NCBI GenBank assembly: GCA_965248835.1
Contig: CBDFLJ010000002.1
Coordinates: 128,001 to 192,000, forward strand
Reading direction: 5' to 3'
DNA from: Alphaproteobacteria bacterium
GTDB taxonomy: Bacteria > Pseudomonadota > Alphaproteobacteria > MPNO01
DNA: 64,000 nucleotides
Shown here: positions 41,978 to 51,393 of the stretch, one piece after another
Position numbering within the stretch: position 1 is the stretch's first letter
Layout: the number at the start of each line of letters is the position of its first letter
Made by a program: the position numbers and the translations under genes
Notes under the pieces: model-generated
Database searches by the model: none
What the model was told of the DNA's origin: nothing
What the model saw: the letters and a program-made list of their open reading frames with translations, nothing else

Positions 41978-42967
41978 CCGGGGAAAGGGTCCGCCTGCAT
42001 ATCGACAACGACCGGTCGCTGGGCGAGGTCTTCGAAATTTCCGAGGAGTCGGCTGGCGGCGGCCTTCGAGCGGTTCCCCGACCTCACCCGGCGTATCGAC
42101 TGGACGATCGGCTACGACTGCGAGCGGTTCGACGAGCTTGTCGCCGACGCCGATGCCCTGGTGTGCTGGAAGATTCCCCTCGAAGGGATGGCCGAGCGCG
42201 CCCCGCGGCTGCGCTGGATCCATGTCACCGGGGCCGGCAACGAATATTTCACCCCTTTCGATTGGCTGCCCGCGCAGGTCACCTTTACGAACAACCGCGG
42301 CGTCCACGGCGCGCGCGCCGACGAATACGCCATCATGGCGGTCCTGATGCTCAACAACCGGGTGCCGGAGATGGTCACCCACCAGCGCGCCGGAAACTGG
42401 CAACAGACTTTCAACACCGGGATCGCCGGCAAGACGCTCCTTGTCATCGGTGTCGGCAATGTCGGCGGCGGGGTGGCCGAATGGGCCAAGCGCTTCGGAT
42501 TGCAGGTGATCGGCGTCCGCCGCACGGCTGCACCCCACCCGGCGGTCGATGAAATGCACGGCCCGGAGGCAATTCCCGCGCTGATCCCGCGCGCGGACTT
42601 CATCATCGTCACGGCGCCGGCGACCGCGCAGACCCGCCACCTGATCGGCCGTGCGGAGGTCGCGGCTATGCGTCCCGGCACCGGGATCATCAATTACAGC
42701 CGTGCCCGTCTGGTCGATTACCAGGCCCTGGCCGAACGGCTGGAGCGCCGCGAGATCAGCGCGATCCTCGATGTCTTCGAGCCCGAGCCGCTTGCCGCGG
42801 ACTCGCCTCTTTGGCGGACCCCGAACCTGATCATCACGCCGCATTGCTCATCCGATGACACGGCGCTCTACATCCCGCGCACTCTGGACCTGGTGTGCGC
42901 CAACCTGCTCCGCTTCGTGGCCGGCGAGCCGCTCGCCAACCGCGTCGACCCGGTGCTGGAGTATTAG
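41974..42967 (+). pseudogene. D-isomer 2-hydroxyacid dehydrogenase with a +1 frameshift near 42049
   Basis: ATGA-coupled start MTGERVRLHIDND...SEE, then continues in another frame RLAAAFERFP...LRWIHVTGAG, IGVGNVG, LDVFEPEPL, ITPH. Confidence 0.8.
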
Positions 42968-43046
42968 AGCCCTTCCCAGCCGGCTCGACCCGGCACGGCC
43001 GGCGTTGCTTGACTCCCACTGACGGGTTCACGAACTTGGGGCCGTT

Positions 43047-44471
43047 ATGACCGGCGCGCGCAGCGATCGGACCCGCACGACTTGGCTGGAGACGCTTGCT
43101 CGGCACAAGCGCGATGTGGCGGGGCCGGCCTCCCAACGATACTGGTCCGAGGCGCTCGAGACCTGCTCGCGCGACGAGCTGATGGGCATCCAGAACGACA
43201 AGCTCGCCGCACTCACGCCGTTTCTGTACGAGAACAGCGGCTTCTACAAGGCGCGGTTCGACCGGCTGGGGCTGGTGCCGAGCGATATCGCCTCGGTGGA
43301 CGACCTGCCCAAATGGCCGGTGGTCGACAAGTCCGAGATGATGCAGGACGCCGCCCTCAACCCGCCCTATGGCACCTATTCCACCATCGGCGAGGCGGAA
43401 TGGACGGACCGCGGCTGGATGCTGTTCTCGTCTTCCGGCAGCACCGGGACGCCGCGGGTGTTCCGCTACACTCATGAGGACCGCGCACTATGGGAGTGGG
43501 CAAACGCGCGGGCGCTCTATTCGATGGGCATCCGGCGCGGCGACTCGGTCTTCCCGATGGTGGGGTTCGGTCCGCACGTCTGGATCTGGGGTGCGATGTA
43601 CGCGTTCGCCCACATGGGCATCGCCGTCATTCCCGGCGGCGGCATGGACGCCCAGGCGCGCGGCAGGATCATCGACCGGTTCAAGCCGACCGTTATCGCC
43701 TGCACCCCGTCCTACGCGCTCTATCTCGGGCGTGCCATGCAGGGTCTGGGGCTCGATCCGGCCGCGAGTTCGGTGCGCACCCTGTTCACCGGCGGCGAGC
43801 CGGCGATGGGGATCGACCGCACCCGCGAGCGGCTCGCCGCGTTGTGGGGCTGCCGGGTCGTGGAGTTCTACGGCTGCACCGAAGCCTCGCCCCATGTCGG
43901 CGGATATTCGTGCGAGGCCTCGGTGCGGCCGGGCGAGACGACGTTCACCCACCTGATGGAGGACGTCCAGATCTGGGAGCTGGTCGACCCCGAGGACGGA
44001 AAACCCGTGGCCGAGGGCGCGCGCGGGCTGACGGTGTGCACCTCGCTCAACTCCGAAAGCTCGCCCCAGCTCCGCTTTCTGGTCGGCGACTACACCGTCT
44101 ATGACACCGGCCGCTGCGCCTGCGGCCGCAGCCACGTCAAGGCGATGGGCTCGTTCACCGGCCGCGCCGACGATCTGATCAATTTGCGCGGGGTGAAGTT
44201 CTTTCCGAGCCAGATCGAGCAGGCGGTGCGCTCGATCAACGGCGTGGGGGACGAGTTCGAGATCGTGCTGTCGGCCGACCAGGGCGGGCTGGACGTCATG
44301 ACGCTGCGGGTCGAGCATCCCGAGCACGGCGCCGGCGGCGGTCTCGGCGCACGGCTCGAAGCCGAAATCCGCAGCCGCTGCGAGGTCCGCGTCAGCGTCG
44401 AGGTGCTGGCGCCCGACACCCTTCCCAAGACCGAATTCAAGGCCAAGCGCGTGCGCGACGAGCGCCGCTGA
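43047..44471 (+). CDS. Phenylacetate-CoA ligase (PaaK) family protein
   Basis: SSSGSTGTP, TPSYALYL, FYGCTE, GRADDLI.RGV.FFPSQIE, FKAKRV.D.R. Confidence 0.88.
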   Translation: MTGARSDRTRTTWLETLARHKRDVAGPASQRYWSEALETCSRDELMGIQNDKLAALTPFLYENSGFYKARFDRLGLVPSDIASVDDLPKWPVVDKSEMMQDAALNPPYGTYSTIGEAEWTDRGWMLFSSSGSTGTPRVFRYTHEDRALWEWANARALYSMGIRRGDSVFPMVGFGPHVWIWGAMYAFAHMGIAVIPGGGMDAQARGRIIDRFKPTVIACTPSYALYLGRAMQGLGLDPAASSVRTLFTGGEPAMGIDRTRERLAALWGCRVVEFYGCTEASPHVGGYSCEASVRPGETTFTHLMEDVQIWELVDPEDGKPVAEGARGLTVCTSLNSESSPQLRFLVGDYTVYDTGRCACGRSHVKAMGSFTGRADDLINLRGVKFFPSQIEQAVRSINGVGDEFEIVLSADQGGLDVMTLRVEHPEHGAGGGLGARLEAEIRSRCEVRVSVEVLAPDTLPKTEFKAKRVRDERR

Positions 44472-44492
44472 ACCAAACGAGGACGAGCGGGT

Positions 44493-44873
44493 ATGAATGT
44501 CGATTACGTCAACGGCGACTCCGAGAAAATCACCGGCTATCACGCCCACATCTATTACGACGCCGAGACCCGCGAGACCGCCGCCCGGCTGCGCCAGGAA
44601 ATCTGGCGCAAGTGGGAGTTCGCCGTCACCATGGGCCGGTTCCGCGACCGCCCGGTCGGCCCGCACCCCGAATGGATGTTCCAGGTCGCGTTCGACAAGG
44701 ACCTGTTCGCCGAGATCGTGCCCTGGCTGATGTACAACCGCGACGGGCTGGTGATCCTTGTCCACCCCGAGGCCGGAGACGCCTACGACGACCACGCCCA
44801 CTACCCGTTGTGGCTGGGCGGCCGCTACGATCTCAGGCTGGGGTTCCTGGCCGCCGGCAACAGCCAGGCCTGA
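44493..44873 (+). CDS. DOPA 4,5-dioxygenase family protein
   Basis: YHAHIYY, PVGPHP, FQVAF, LVHP, HYPLWLG. Confidence 0.9.
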   Translation: MNVDYVNGDSEKITGYHAHIYYDAETRETAARLRQEIWRKWEFAVTMGRFRDRPVGPHPEWMFQVAFDKDLFAEIVPWLMYNRDGLVILVHPEAGDAYDDHAHYPLWLGGRYDLRLGFLAAGNSQA

Positions 44874-44909
44874 GACACAAGACCCCTCGGCTTCGGCAGG
44901 AGTTTCGGT

Positions 44910-46055
44910 TCAGATCGTGCGCTGACCGGCGGTCCGCAGGCACCGGGCAAGCACCAGTGCGCCGAGCCCGCCGGCCGCCGACAGGGAGGTCATCGCGAGG
45001 AAGGCGGTCGCCGGGGCCGCGGCATCGAACAGCGTACCGCCGAGGATTGTCGCACCGCCCATCACCAGACCCATCGCGACGCCGGCATACAGCGCCTGGG
45101 CGCTGGCCGAATGCTCTGGCGCGACCGCACGGGCGAGGAACAGCATCGCACCCAGATGGGCCGCGCCGAAGCTCAACGCATGGAGCGCCTGGGATGCGGC
45201 GAGGACCGGAAGCGCCGGCGAAAGCGCCAGCACCGACCAGCGGATGATCCCGGCAACCGCACCGATCACAAGGAGCCGGGCCGGGCCCAGCCGGGCTGCC
45301 AGCGCGCCGCCGAAGGCGAACAGGATGATCTCGGCCAGCACGCCCTCGGCCCACAGAAGCCCGATCACCTGGTCGTCGATCCCGGCCGCGCGCCAGGCGA
45401 GCGTGGCGAATCCGTAATAGGCGGCGTGGCTTGCCTGAATCAACGAGGACGCGGCCAGGAAGACCAGCATCGTCGGGCTCGCGAGAAGCGAAGCGATCGG
45501 CACGCGGCGCCGGGCCGGCGGCGGGCGCGTATCGGGCAGCGTGAGCGCCGCGAGCACGCCCAGCGCAAGGCTCGCAAGCACCATGGTCAGGATCACCGGC
45601 GGACCCGTCCCACCCAGGAGGCGCCCGCCGAGCGTCGCGCCTGCGATAAAGGCGATCGAGCCCCACAGCCGTACCCTGCCGTAGTCGATGCGCCCCGCGC
45701 GGGCAAGCAGCAGGGCAAGGTTCTCGCCCATCGGGATGATCGGGGTGAACGCGACCGCCGCCAGGATGCTGATCGCCAGCAGGGCGGCAAACCCCTCCGC
45801 CGCCAGGAACAGCAGGTGGACCGCGAACGCGGCCACCGCCAACAGGACCATGACCTGCTTGCGCTCGCCCCGCCGGTCCGCGACATGGGCAACCAGTGCG
45901 GGCACCGCGATGCGGACCCAGGTGCCGGCGGTGATCAACAGCCCGATCTGCGCCGCATCCAACCCCTTGTCAGCCAGCCAGACCGGCCAGAACGGCAGCG
46001 AGACGCCGACGAAGCCGAACGCCGCGGCGTAGAAGAACGCAAGGCGCAACGCCAT
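44910..46055 (-). CDS. MFS transporter, HcaT (3-phenylpropionate permease)-like
   Basis: LPFWPVWL, DYGRVRLWGSIAF, QASHAAYYGF, LHALSFGAAHL. Confidence 0.88.
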   Translation of the reverse strand: MALRLAFFYAAAFGFVGVSLPFWPVWLADKGLDAAQIGLLITAGTWVRIAVPALVAHVADRRGERKQVMVLLAVAAFAVHLLFLAAEGFAALLAISILAAVAFTPIIPMGENLALLLARAGRIDYGRVRLWGSIAFIAGATLGGRLLGGTGPPVILTMVLASLALGVLAALTLPDTRPPPARRRVPIASLLASPTMLVFLAASSLIQASHAAYYGFATLAWRAAGIDDQVIGLLWAEGVLAEIILFAFGGALAARLGPARLLVIGAVAGIIRWSVLALSPALPVLAASQALHALSFGAAHLGAMLFLARAVAPEHSASAQALYAGVAMGLVMGGATILGGTLFDAAAPATAFLAMTSLSAAGGLGALVLARCLRTAGQRTI

Positions 46056-46152
46056 CGCCGATCCCGTCCAGACTGCCCGGCGCCGATTTCACTCGATCGG
46101 CGCGCCAACTATAGTGGTCCCGACGCGCACCCACGCGCACCGGAGGTCCCCC

Positions 46153-47901
46153 ATGCCACAGCAAACCATCCAGGTCGATAGCCTGGCCGAAGCCTATCTC
46201 AGCCTTCTCCGCGACCGTGGAGTCGACTACCTGTTCGGCAACGCCGGCACCGACTTCGCCACGGTGATCGAGGCGCTTTCGAAGTCGGTCATGGAGGGCA
46301 CGCAAGCGCCGGTGCCGGTCACCGTACCGCACGAGAACCTCGCGGTCTCGATGGCGCACGGCTATTTCCTGGCGACCGGCCGGCCGCAGGCGGTGATGGT
46401 CCATGTCAATGTCGGCACCGCCAATGGCATCTGCGGCATCATGAACGCCGCGCGCGAGAACGTGCCGATCATTTTCACCTCCGGCCGGACGCCGTTGACC
46501 GAGGAAGGCGCGCCGGGCGCGCGGTCGATTTACATCCACTGGGGGCAGGAGATGTTCGATCAGGCCGGCGTGGTGCGCGAGATGGTCAAGTGGGACTACG
46601 AGCTGCGCAACGCCCGCCAGCTCGAGACCATCGTCGACCGCGCGGTCACGGTGGCGATGAGCGAGCCGCGCGGGCCGGTTTACCTGACCCTGCCGCGCGA
46701 AGTGCTGGCCGAGAAACCGGACGGGTTCACCTTCCAATCGCCCACTCGGCGCCAGGCGGCGACCCCGCCCGCCGCCGACCCCGACGCGATCGACCGATGC
46801 GCGGACTGGATCGCCGCGGCCAAAAACCCATTGATCATCACCGCCAGCAACGGTCAGGACCGGACCAGCACGGACGCGCTCGGCGCGCTTGCCGAGCGCT
46901 TCGCGCTGCCGGTGGTGAGCTACCGGCCGCGTTATGTCTGTCTGCCGAGCGATCATCCGATGCATGTCGGCTTCGAGCCCGGCGCGCTGATCCAGGACGC
47001 CGATCTGATCCTGGTGCTCGACTGCGACGTGCCGTGGATCCCGAGCCTGCACACGCCGAATCCGGACGCCAAAATCGTCCAGATCGGCGTCGATCCGCTG
47101 TTCAGCAAGTATCCGGTGCGCGGGTTCCCCTGCGATCTCGCGATCACCGCGGCGACCGGCGGGGCACTGCGGGCGCTAGCCGAGGCGATCGAGGTGCGCG
47201 GCAAGCCGGGGGCGGCGCGCATCGGTGCAAGGCGCAAACGCGCCGCTGCGTTGCGCGCCGGGCTGGCCGAGGCCAGCGCTGCCCGGCTTGAGGCCGGGCG
47301 CGCCGGCGGGACACCGGACGCAGCCTGGATCGCCCACTGCCTCGACGAGGTCAAGGGCGAGGACGATGCGCTGGTCAGCGAATCCCAGCTCTCTCTCGGC
47401 AACATCTCGCTGACCAGGCCCGGCACGTTCTTCGCCACCAGCCCGTCGGGCGGGCTCGGTTGGGGGCTCGGCGCCGCACTCGGGGTCAAGCTCGGCTACG
47501 GCGACCGGCGGGTGTTCTGCGTCGTCGGCGACGGCTCCTACATGTTCGGCAACCCCACCCCGGCCCATTTCGTGTCCGCGGCCAACGACCTGCCGACTTT
47601 GACGGTGATCATGAACAACCGCATGTGGGGATCGGTCCGCAAGGCGACCCTCGGCCTCCACCCCGACGGCGCCGCATCCCGGATCAACCGGGCACCGTTG
47701 ACCTATCTGGAACCGGCGCCGGCCTACCACCAGGTCGTTGCGGCCTCCGGCGGGTATGGCGAGGAGGTCGGCGAGGCGCATGCGCTGCCCGGCGCGCTCG
47801 AGCGCGCGCTCAAGGCGGTCGATGTCGAGAAGCGCCAGGCAGTGCTGAACGTCCATACCAGCTACGACGACTCCGCGGCGCTCGCCGATGCCAAGCGCTG
47901 A
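46153..47901 (+). CDS. TPP-binding enzyme (acetolactate synthase / benzoylformate decarboxylase superfamily)
   Basis: FGNAGTDF, PHENLA, GDGSYMF...NN motif; GGAGG RBS. Confidence 0.9.
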   Translation: MPQQTIQVDSLAEAYLSLLRDRGVDYLFGNAGTDFATVIEALSKSVMEGTQAPVPVTVPHENLAVSMAHGYFLATGRPQAVMVHVNVGTANGICGIMNAARENVPIIFTSGRTPLTEEGAPGARSIYIHWGQEMFDQAGVVREMVKWDYELRNARQLETIVDRAVTVAMSEPRGPVYLTLPREVLAEKPDGFTFQSPTRRQAATPPAADPDAIDRCADWIAAAKNPLIITASNGQDRTSTDALGALAERFALPVVSYRPRYVCLPSDHPMHVGFEPGALIQDADLILVLDCDVPWIPSLHTPNPDAKIVQIGVDPLFSKYPVRGFPCDLAITAATGGALRALAEAIEVRGKPGAARIGARRKRAAALRAGLAEASAARLEAGRAGGTPDAAWIAHCLDEVKGEDDALVSESQLSLGNISLTRPGTFFATSPSGGLGWGLGAALGVKLGYGDRRVFCVVGDGSYMFGNPTPAHFVSAANDLPTLTVIMNNRMWGSVRKATLGLHPDGAASRINRAPLTYLEPAPAYHQVVAASGGYGEEVGEAHALPGALERALKAVDVEKRQAVLNVHTSYDDSAALADAKR

Positions 47902-49063
47902 CCGGCTCAACGCGGTCCTCGATCGCCTCGCCGATCACCCGTTCTACGCCAGCCGGCTACCGAGGAGCGTCACCGACGAGGCCGAGTTCGCCGCAGCGGT
48001 CCCGCTGATGTCCCGGCCCGATCTGGTGGCCGAGATGGCCAAGCCGGGCTATGGCGCCTTCGGCGACGCAGGCGCGGTGCGTATCAACATGACGCCGATG
48101 GGCACGGGTCTGGTCCCGGTCCTTCAGACCCGTGCGGACCTCGACCACCTGGTCGCGGCCTGCGGTACGCATCTGGCGGCCTGCGGGATCCAGCCGGGCG
48201 ATGTCTGCGCGGTCACCTTCGGCTACCACCTGTTCGTCGCCGGCCTGTTCTACCAGACCCAGATGGAGGCGCATGGCATCGCCTGCATCCCGCTCGGCCC
48301 TGGCGACGCCGAGCGGTCGGCGGCGATCTGCCGCGACCACGGGGTGAGCGTTCTGGCCGGCAATCCGAGTTTCGCGCTGCGGCTGATCGACACCGGCATG
48401 CCGCCGCCCAGGGTCTTCTTCGCCGGCGGTGAGGCGTTCACCGGCAACGCCGCGCTTCATGCCGCGGTCCGGGCGGCGATGCCGGGAACGATCCTGGTCG
48501 ATTCGTTCTCGCTGTCGGAGTTCCTGCCGGTCGGCCGGACGTTTCCCGGCGGCACGGGCGTCCACGTCTTCGACGAGCTGGTCCATGCCGAGGTGATCGA
48601 GCCCGAGACCGGCGCGCCGGTGGCCGATGGCGAGCGGGGCGAGCTGGTGCTGACCCACCTGGTCAAGGAGGCCCAGCCGCTGGTGCGTTACCGCACCGGC
48701 GATCTGACGCTGAAACGGACGACCGAGCCGGTCCATGGCCGCACCGTCAATCTGCCGCGGGTGGTGTTCGGCCGGACCGACGAGATGGTCAAGGTCAAGG
48801 GCGTGAAAGTCTACCCTTCGGAGATCCGGGCCGTTCTGCTAGGCCTCGACGGGCTCAGCGGGCGCTACCGCCTGACGGTCGAGGCGCCGTCCGGCCGCGA
48901 CCGGCTGGCGCTCCTGCTCGAAGGCAGCGGCGGCGAGGACACGCTGGCGGAGGTCGCCCGGCGGTTCAAGGGCCAGACCCTGATCGCCGCCGACGAGATC
49001 ACTCTCGCCGATGCCGTGGAAGACGGCCCCGACATGATCGACCGGCGGACGGGCGGCCCGTGA
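47888..49063 (+). CDS. Divergent PaaK-like adenylate-forming protein
   Basis: FGYHLFVAGL, GELVLT, PLVRYRTGD, GRTDEMVKVKGVKVYP; canonical SSG(T/S)TG loop replaced by NMTPMGTG. Confidence 0.8.
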   Translation: MPSADRLNAVLDRLADHPFYASRLPRSVTDEAEFAAAVPLMSRPDLVAEMAKPGYGAFGDAGAVRINMTPMGTGLVPVLQTRADLDHLVAACGTHLAACGIQPGDVCAVTFGYHLFVAGLFYQTQMEAHGIACIPLGPGDAERSAAICRDHGVSVLAGNPSFALRLIDTGMPPPRVFFAGGEAFTGNAALHAAVRAAMPGTILVDSFSLSEFLPVGRTFPGGTGVHVFDELVHAEVIEPETGAPVADGERGELVLTHLVKEAQPLVRYRTGDLTLKRTTEPVHGRTVNLPRVVFGRTDEMVKVKGVKVYPSEIRAVLLGLDGLSGRYRLTVEAPSGRDRLALLLEGSGGEDTLAEVARRFKGQTLIAADEITLADAVEDGPDMIDRRTGGP

Positions 49064-50172
49064 GCGGCTGGCGGCTGGTTGTCGATCGGGGCTCCTATGC
49101 GGATTTCTCGATCTCGGTCTCGCCGGCGGTCGAGAAGGCGGTGGTGCGCGGCGAGTCCCCGCCGACCGTCTTCCTGACCGTCTTCGATTCGGATTCGATC
49201 ACCATCGGCGTCAACGAGGACCCCGAGCAGGTTCTCGACCTCGCCTTCTGTCGCAAGCACGGCATCAACTTCCGCCGAAGGGTGAACGGCGGCGGTCCGA
49301 TCTATGCCGGTGCCGGCTCGTGCTTCCTGGTGTTCTTCCTGCCGGTCACCCACCCGGAAGTGCCCGAGACCACCGCGGAGGCCTTTCCCAAGCTGCTCGG
49401 CGCCGTCGCCGAGGTGTTTGCCGAGCGTTACGGGTTTCCCGCCGAATACCGCCCGCTCAACGACATCCAGGTCGAAGGCCGCAAGCTGGTGCCGACCTCG
49501 CTGAAGATCGAGAACGGCGTGATGACCTTCCGCATCGTCATCAACGTCAAGCCGATCGATACCGTGCTCGCCGGCAAGGCGATGCCGATGGCACCGGAGA
49601 AGGTCCGCGACAAGCCGCTCAAGGACCTGACCGCCCGGTTCACCTGGCTGGAGCGCGAGGCGGGCCGCAAGATCGACGCCGACGAGCTCGCGGAGTTCTC
49701 GATTGCCGCGACCGCGCGCACGTTCGGCGAGACCGGGCTGGTGCGCGACCGGCTGTCGGAGCGCGAGCTGGGATATGCCAAGGCTTTCCGGGCCGAGCTC
49801 GCGACCGAAGAATGGCTCTATGGCAAGTCCGAAAGCACCCGGCTGGCCGGCCTGCTCCGGCCCGGCGATACCATCGGCCGCGGCCGCGAGAAGGCGGTGG
49901 GCGGCATGATCTGGGCCACCCTTGCGGTCGGCGCGGGGCTGGTGCGCGCGGCGATCATCAACGGCGACTGGCACCCGCGGCCGATCGGCTCCGTCGCCTG
50001 GCTCGAAGACGCGCTGACAGGAACCCAAGCCGCGCCCGGCCCGTTGCGCGCCGCTGTGGAGGGGTTCCTTGCGCGCGGCGAGGTCGAGTTCGCCGGTGTT
50101 ACGGCCGAGGACCTGATGGCGGCGCTGCAAAAAGCCCTCGATGATCAGACACCCGCCGGAGGCCCGCCCTGA
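49060..50172 (+). CDS. Lipoate-protein ligase A family protein
   Basis: RRVNGGGPIY, NDIQVEGRK, TEEWLYG; GTGA overlap with upstream gene. Confidence 0.85.
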   Translation: MSGWRLVVDRGSYADFSISVSPAVEKAVVRGESPPTVFLTVFDSDSITIGVNEDPEQVLDLAFCRKHGINFRRRVNGGGPIYAGAGSCFLVFFLPVTHPEVPETTAEAFPKLLGAVAEVFAERYGFPAEYRPLNDIQVEGRKLVPTSLKIENGVMTFRIVINVKPIDTVLAGKAMPMAPEKVRDKPLKDLTARFTWLEREAGRKIDADELAEFSIAATARTFGETGLVRDRLSERELGYAKAFRAELATEEWLYGKSESTRLAGLLRPGDTIGRGREKAVGGMIWATLAVGAGLVRAAIINGDWHPRPIGSVAWLEDALTGTQAAPGPLRAAVEGFLARGEVEFAGVTAEDLMAALQKALDDQTPAGGPP

Positions 50173-50600
50173 GGGATGATGCACATGGCGCCTACGCGAT
50201 CGTGATCGCGCTCGATCGACCGGCGCGGCTCGCGATTCCGCGCCTCGGTTCGCCGATCCTGACCGCCGGTCTGTACCTCTATGCCGGCAGCGCGTGGGGA
50301 CCCGGCGGTATCGCGGCACGGCTCGGCCGCCACCTGCGGCGCACCGGCCGGCTTCACTGGCATGTCGACCACCTGATCGCTGCCGGCACCATCGAAGCAA
50401 CGGTCGCTTGGCCCGGCGCGCGCGAATGCGAGATCCTCGCCCGGGCGCTCGCCGGCGCCGCTGCTTCCGTGCCGGTGCCGCGCTTCGGTGCCAGCGATTG
50501 CCGGACCTGTCCCGCCCACCTGCTGGCGGTCGACCGCGCGCTTGTCCGGGCTTTGCGGAACCATGATGGCGCATGTTCAACGGGAGGGCTTGTACAATGA
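50169..50600 (+). CDS. DUF123 / GIY-YIG-like nuclease, probable CTG start
   Basis: GAYAIVI, YLYAGSA, RLGRH, HWHVDHL, FGASDC..C..HL; CTGA overlap and GGAGG at 50158-50162. Confidence 0.75.
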   Translation: MRDDAHGAYAIVIALDRPARLAIPRLGSPILTAGLYLYAGSAWGPGGIAARLGRHLRRTGRLHWHVDHLIAAGTIEATVAWPGARECEILARALAGAAASVPVPRFGASDCRTCPAHLLAVDRALVRALRNHDGACSTGGLVQ

Positions 50601-51379
50601 CCGAAAAACCGGCGGTCTTGACCATCGAGCGGCCGGAGACCGGGATCGTCCGCATCGGGCTCAACCGGCCGGAGAAGCGCAACGCGCTGGACCCCGAGCT
50701 CCGCCTGGCGCTGATCGAGGCGCTGGCTCAGGCGGCAACCGATGAGACCGTGCACGCGATCATGCTGGCCGGCAATGGCGGGCATTTCTGCGCCGGCGGG
50801 GATATCGCCTCGATGAGCGGGCTCGATCCGCGTTCGGGGCGGGCGCGGATGAAGTCGAACCACCGGATGGTCCGGCTGATCGCCGACTCCGAAAAGCCGG
50901 TCGTCGCCGCGGTCGAAGGCTATGCGGTGGGTGCCGGCGCAGGCCTCGCGCTGCTCGCCGACACGGTGGTGTTGGCCGAGACCGGGGCGATCGGCTTTCC
51001 GTTCTTCAAGGTCGGGCTGGTGCCCGACTACGGCATCCTGTTTTCGCTGCCCCGCCGCGTCGGCCAGGCGCGGGCGCGCCAGATCCTGCTCTATGCCCGT
51101 ATGCTGCGCGGCCGCGATGCGCTGGAGGCGGGGCTTGCCGACGAGATCGCACCGGAGGGCGGGTCCGAGGCGCTGGCGCTCGAGCGCGCGCGTGAACTGG
51201 CTGCGATGCCGGCCTACGCCTTCGCGCTGTGCAAGCGTCAGATCGGGCTCGCGCCGGTGAGCCTCGATGCGGCGCTCGAGATGGAGGCGTTGGCTCAGGC
51301 CTCGTGCTTCGCGACCGAGGACTTCAGCGAGGGCAAGGCGGCCTTCGCCGAAAAGCGCGCGCCCGATTTCCGGCGCTGA
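50597..51379 (+). CDS. Enoyl-CoA hydratase/isomerase
   Basis: LNRPEKRNAL, FCAGGD, AVGAG, GLVPDYG, EGKAAFAEKRAP. Confidence 0.92.
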   Translation: MTEKPAVLTIERPETGIVRIGLNRPEKRNALDPELRLALIEALAQAATDETVHAIMLAGNGGHFCAGGDIASMSGLDPRSGRARMKSNHRMVRLIADSEKPVVAAVEGYAVGAGAGLALLADTVVLAETGAIGFPFFKVGLVPDYGILFSLPRRVGQARARQILLYARMLRGRDALEAGLADEIAPEGGSEALALERARELAAMPAYAFALCKRQIGLAPVSLDAALEMEALAQASCFATEDFSEGKAAFAEKRAPDFRR

Positions 51380-51393
51380 AGGAGGGACAAGCC

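Noticed and set aside
42035-42041. AAATTTC slippery heptamer as a programmed frameshift
   Set aside because: Not in the required phase, and a +1 rather than -1 shift is needed
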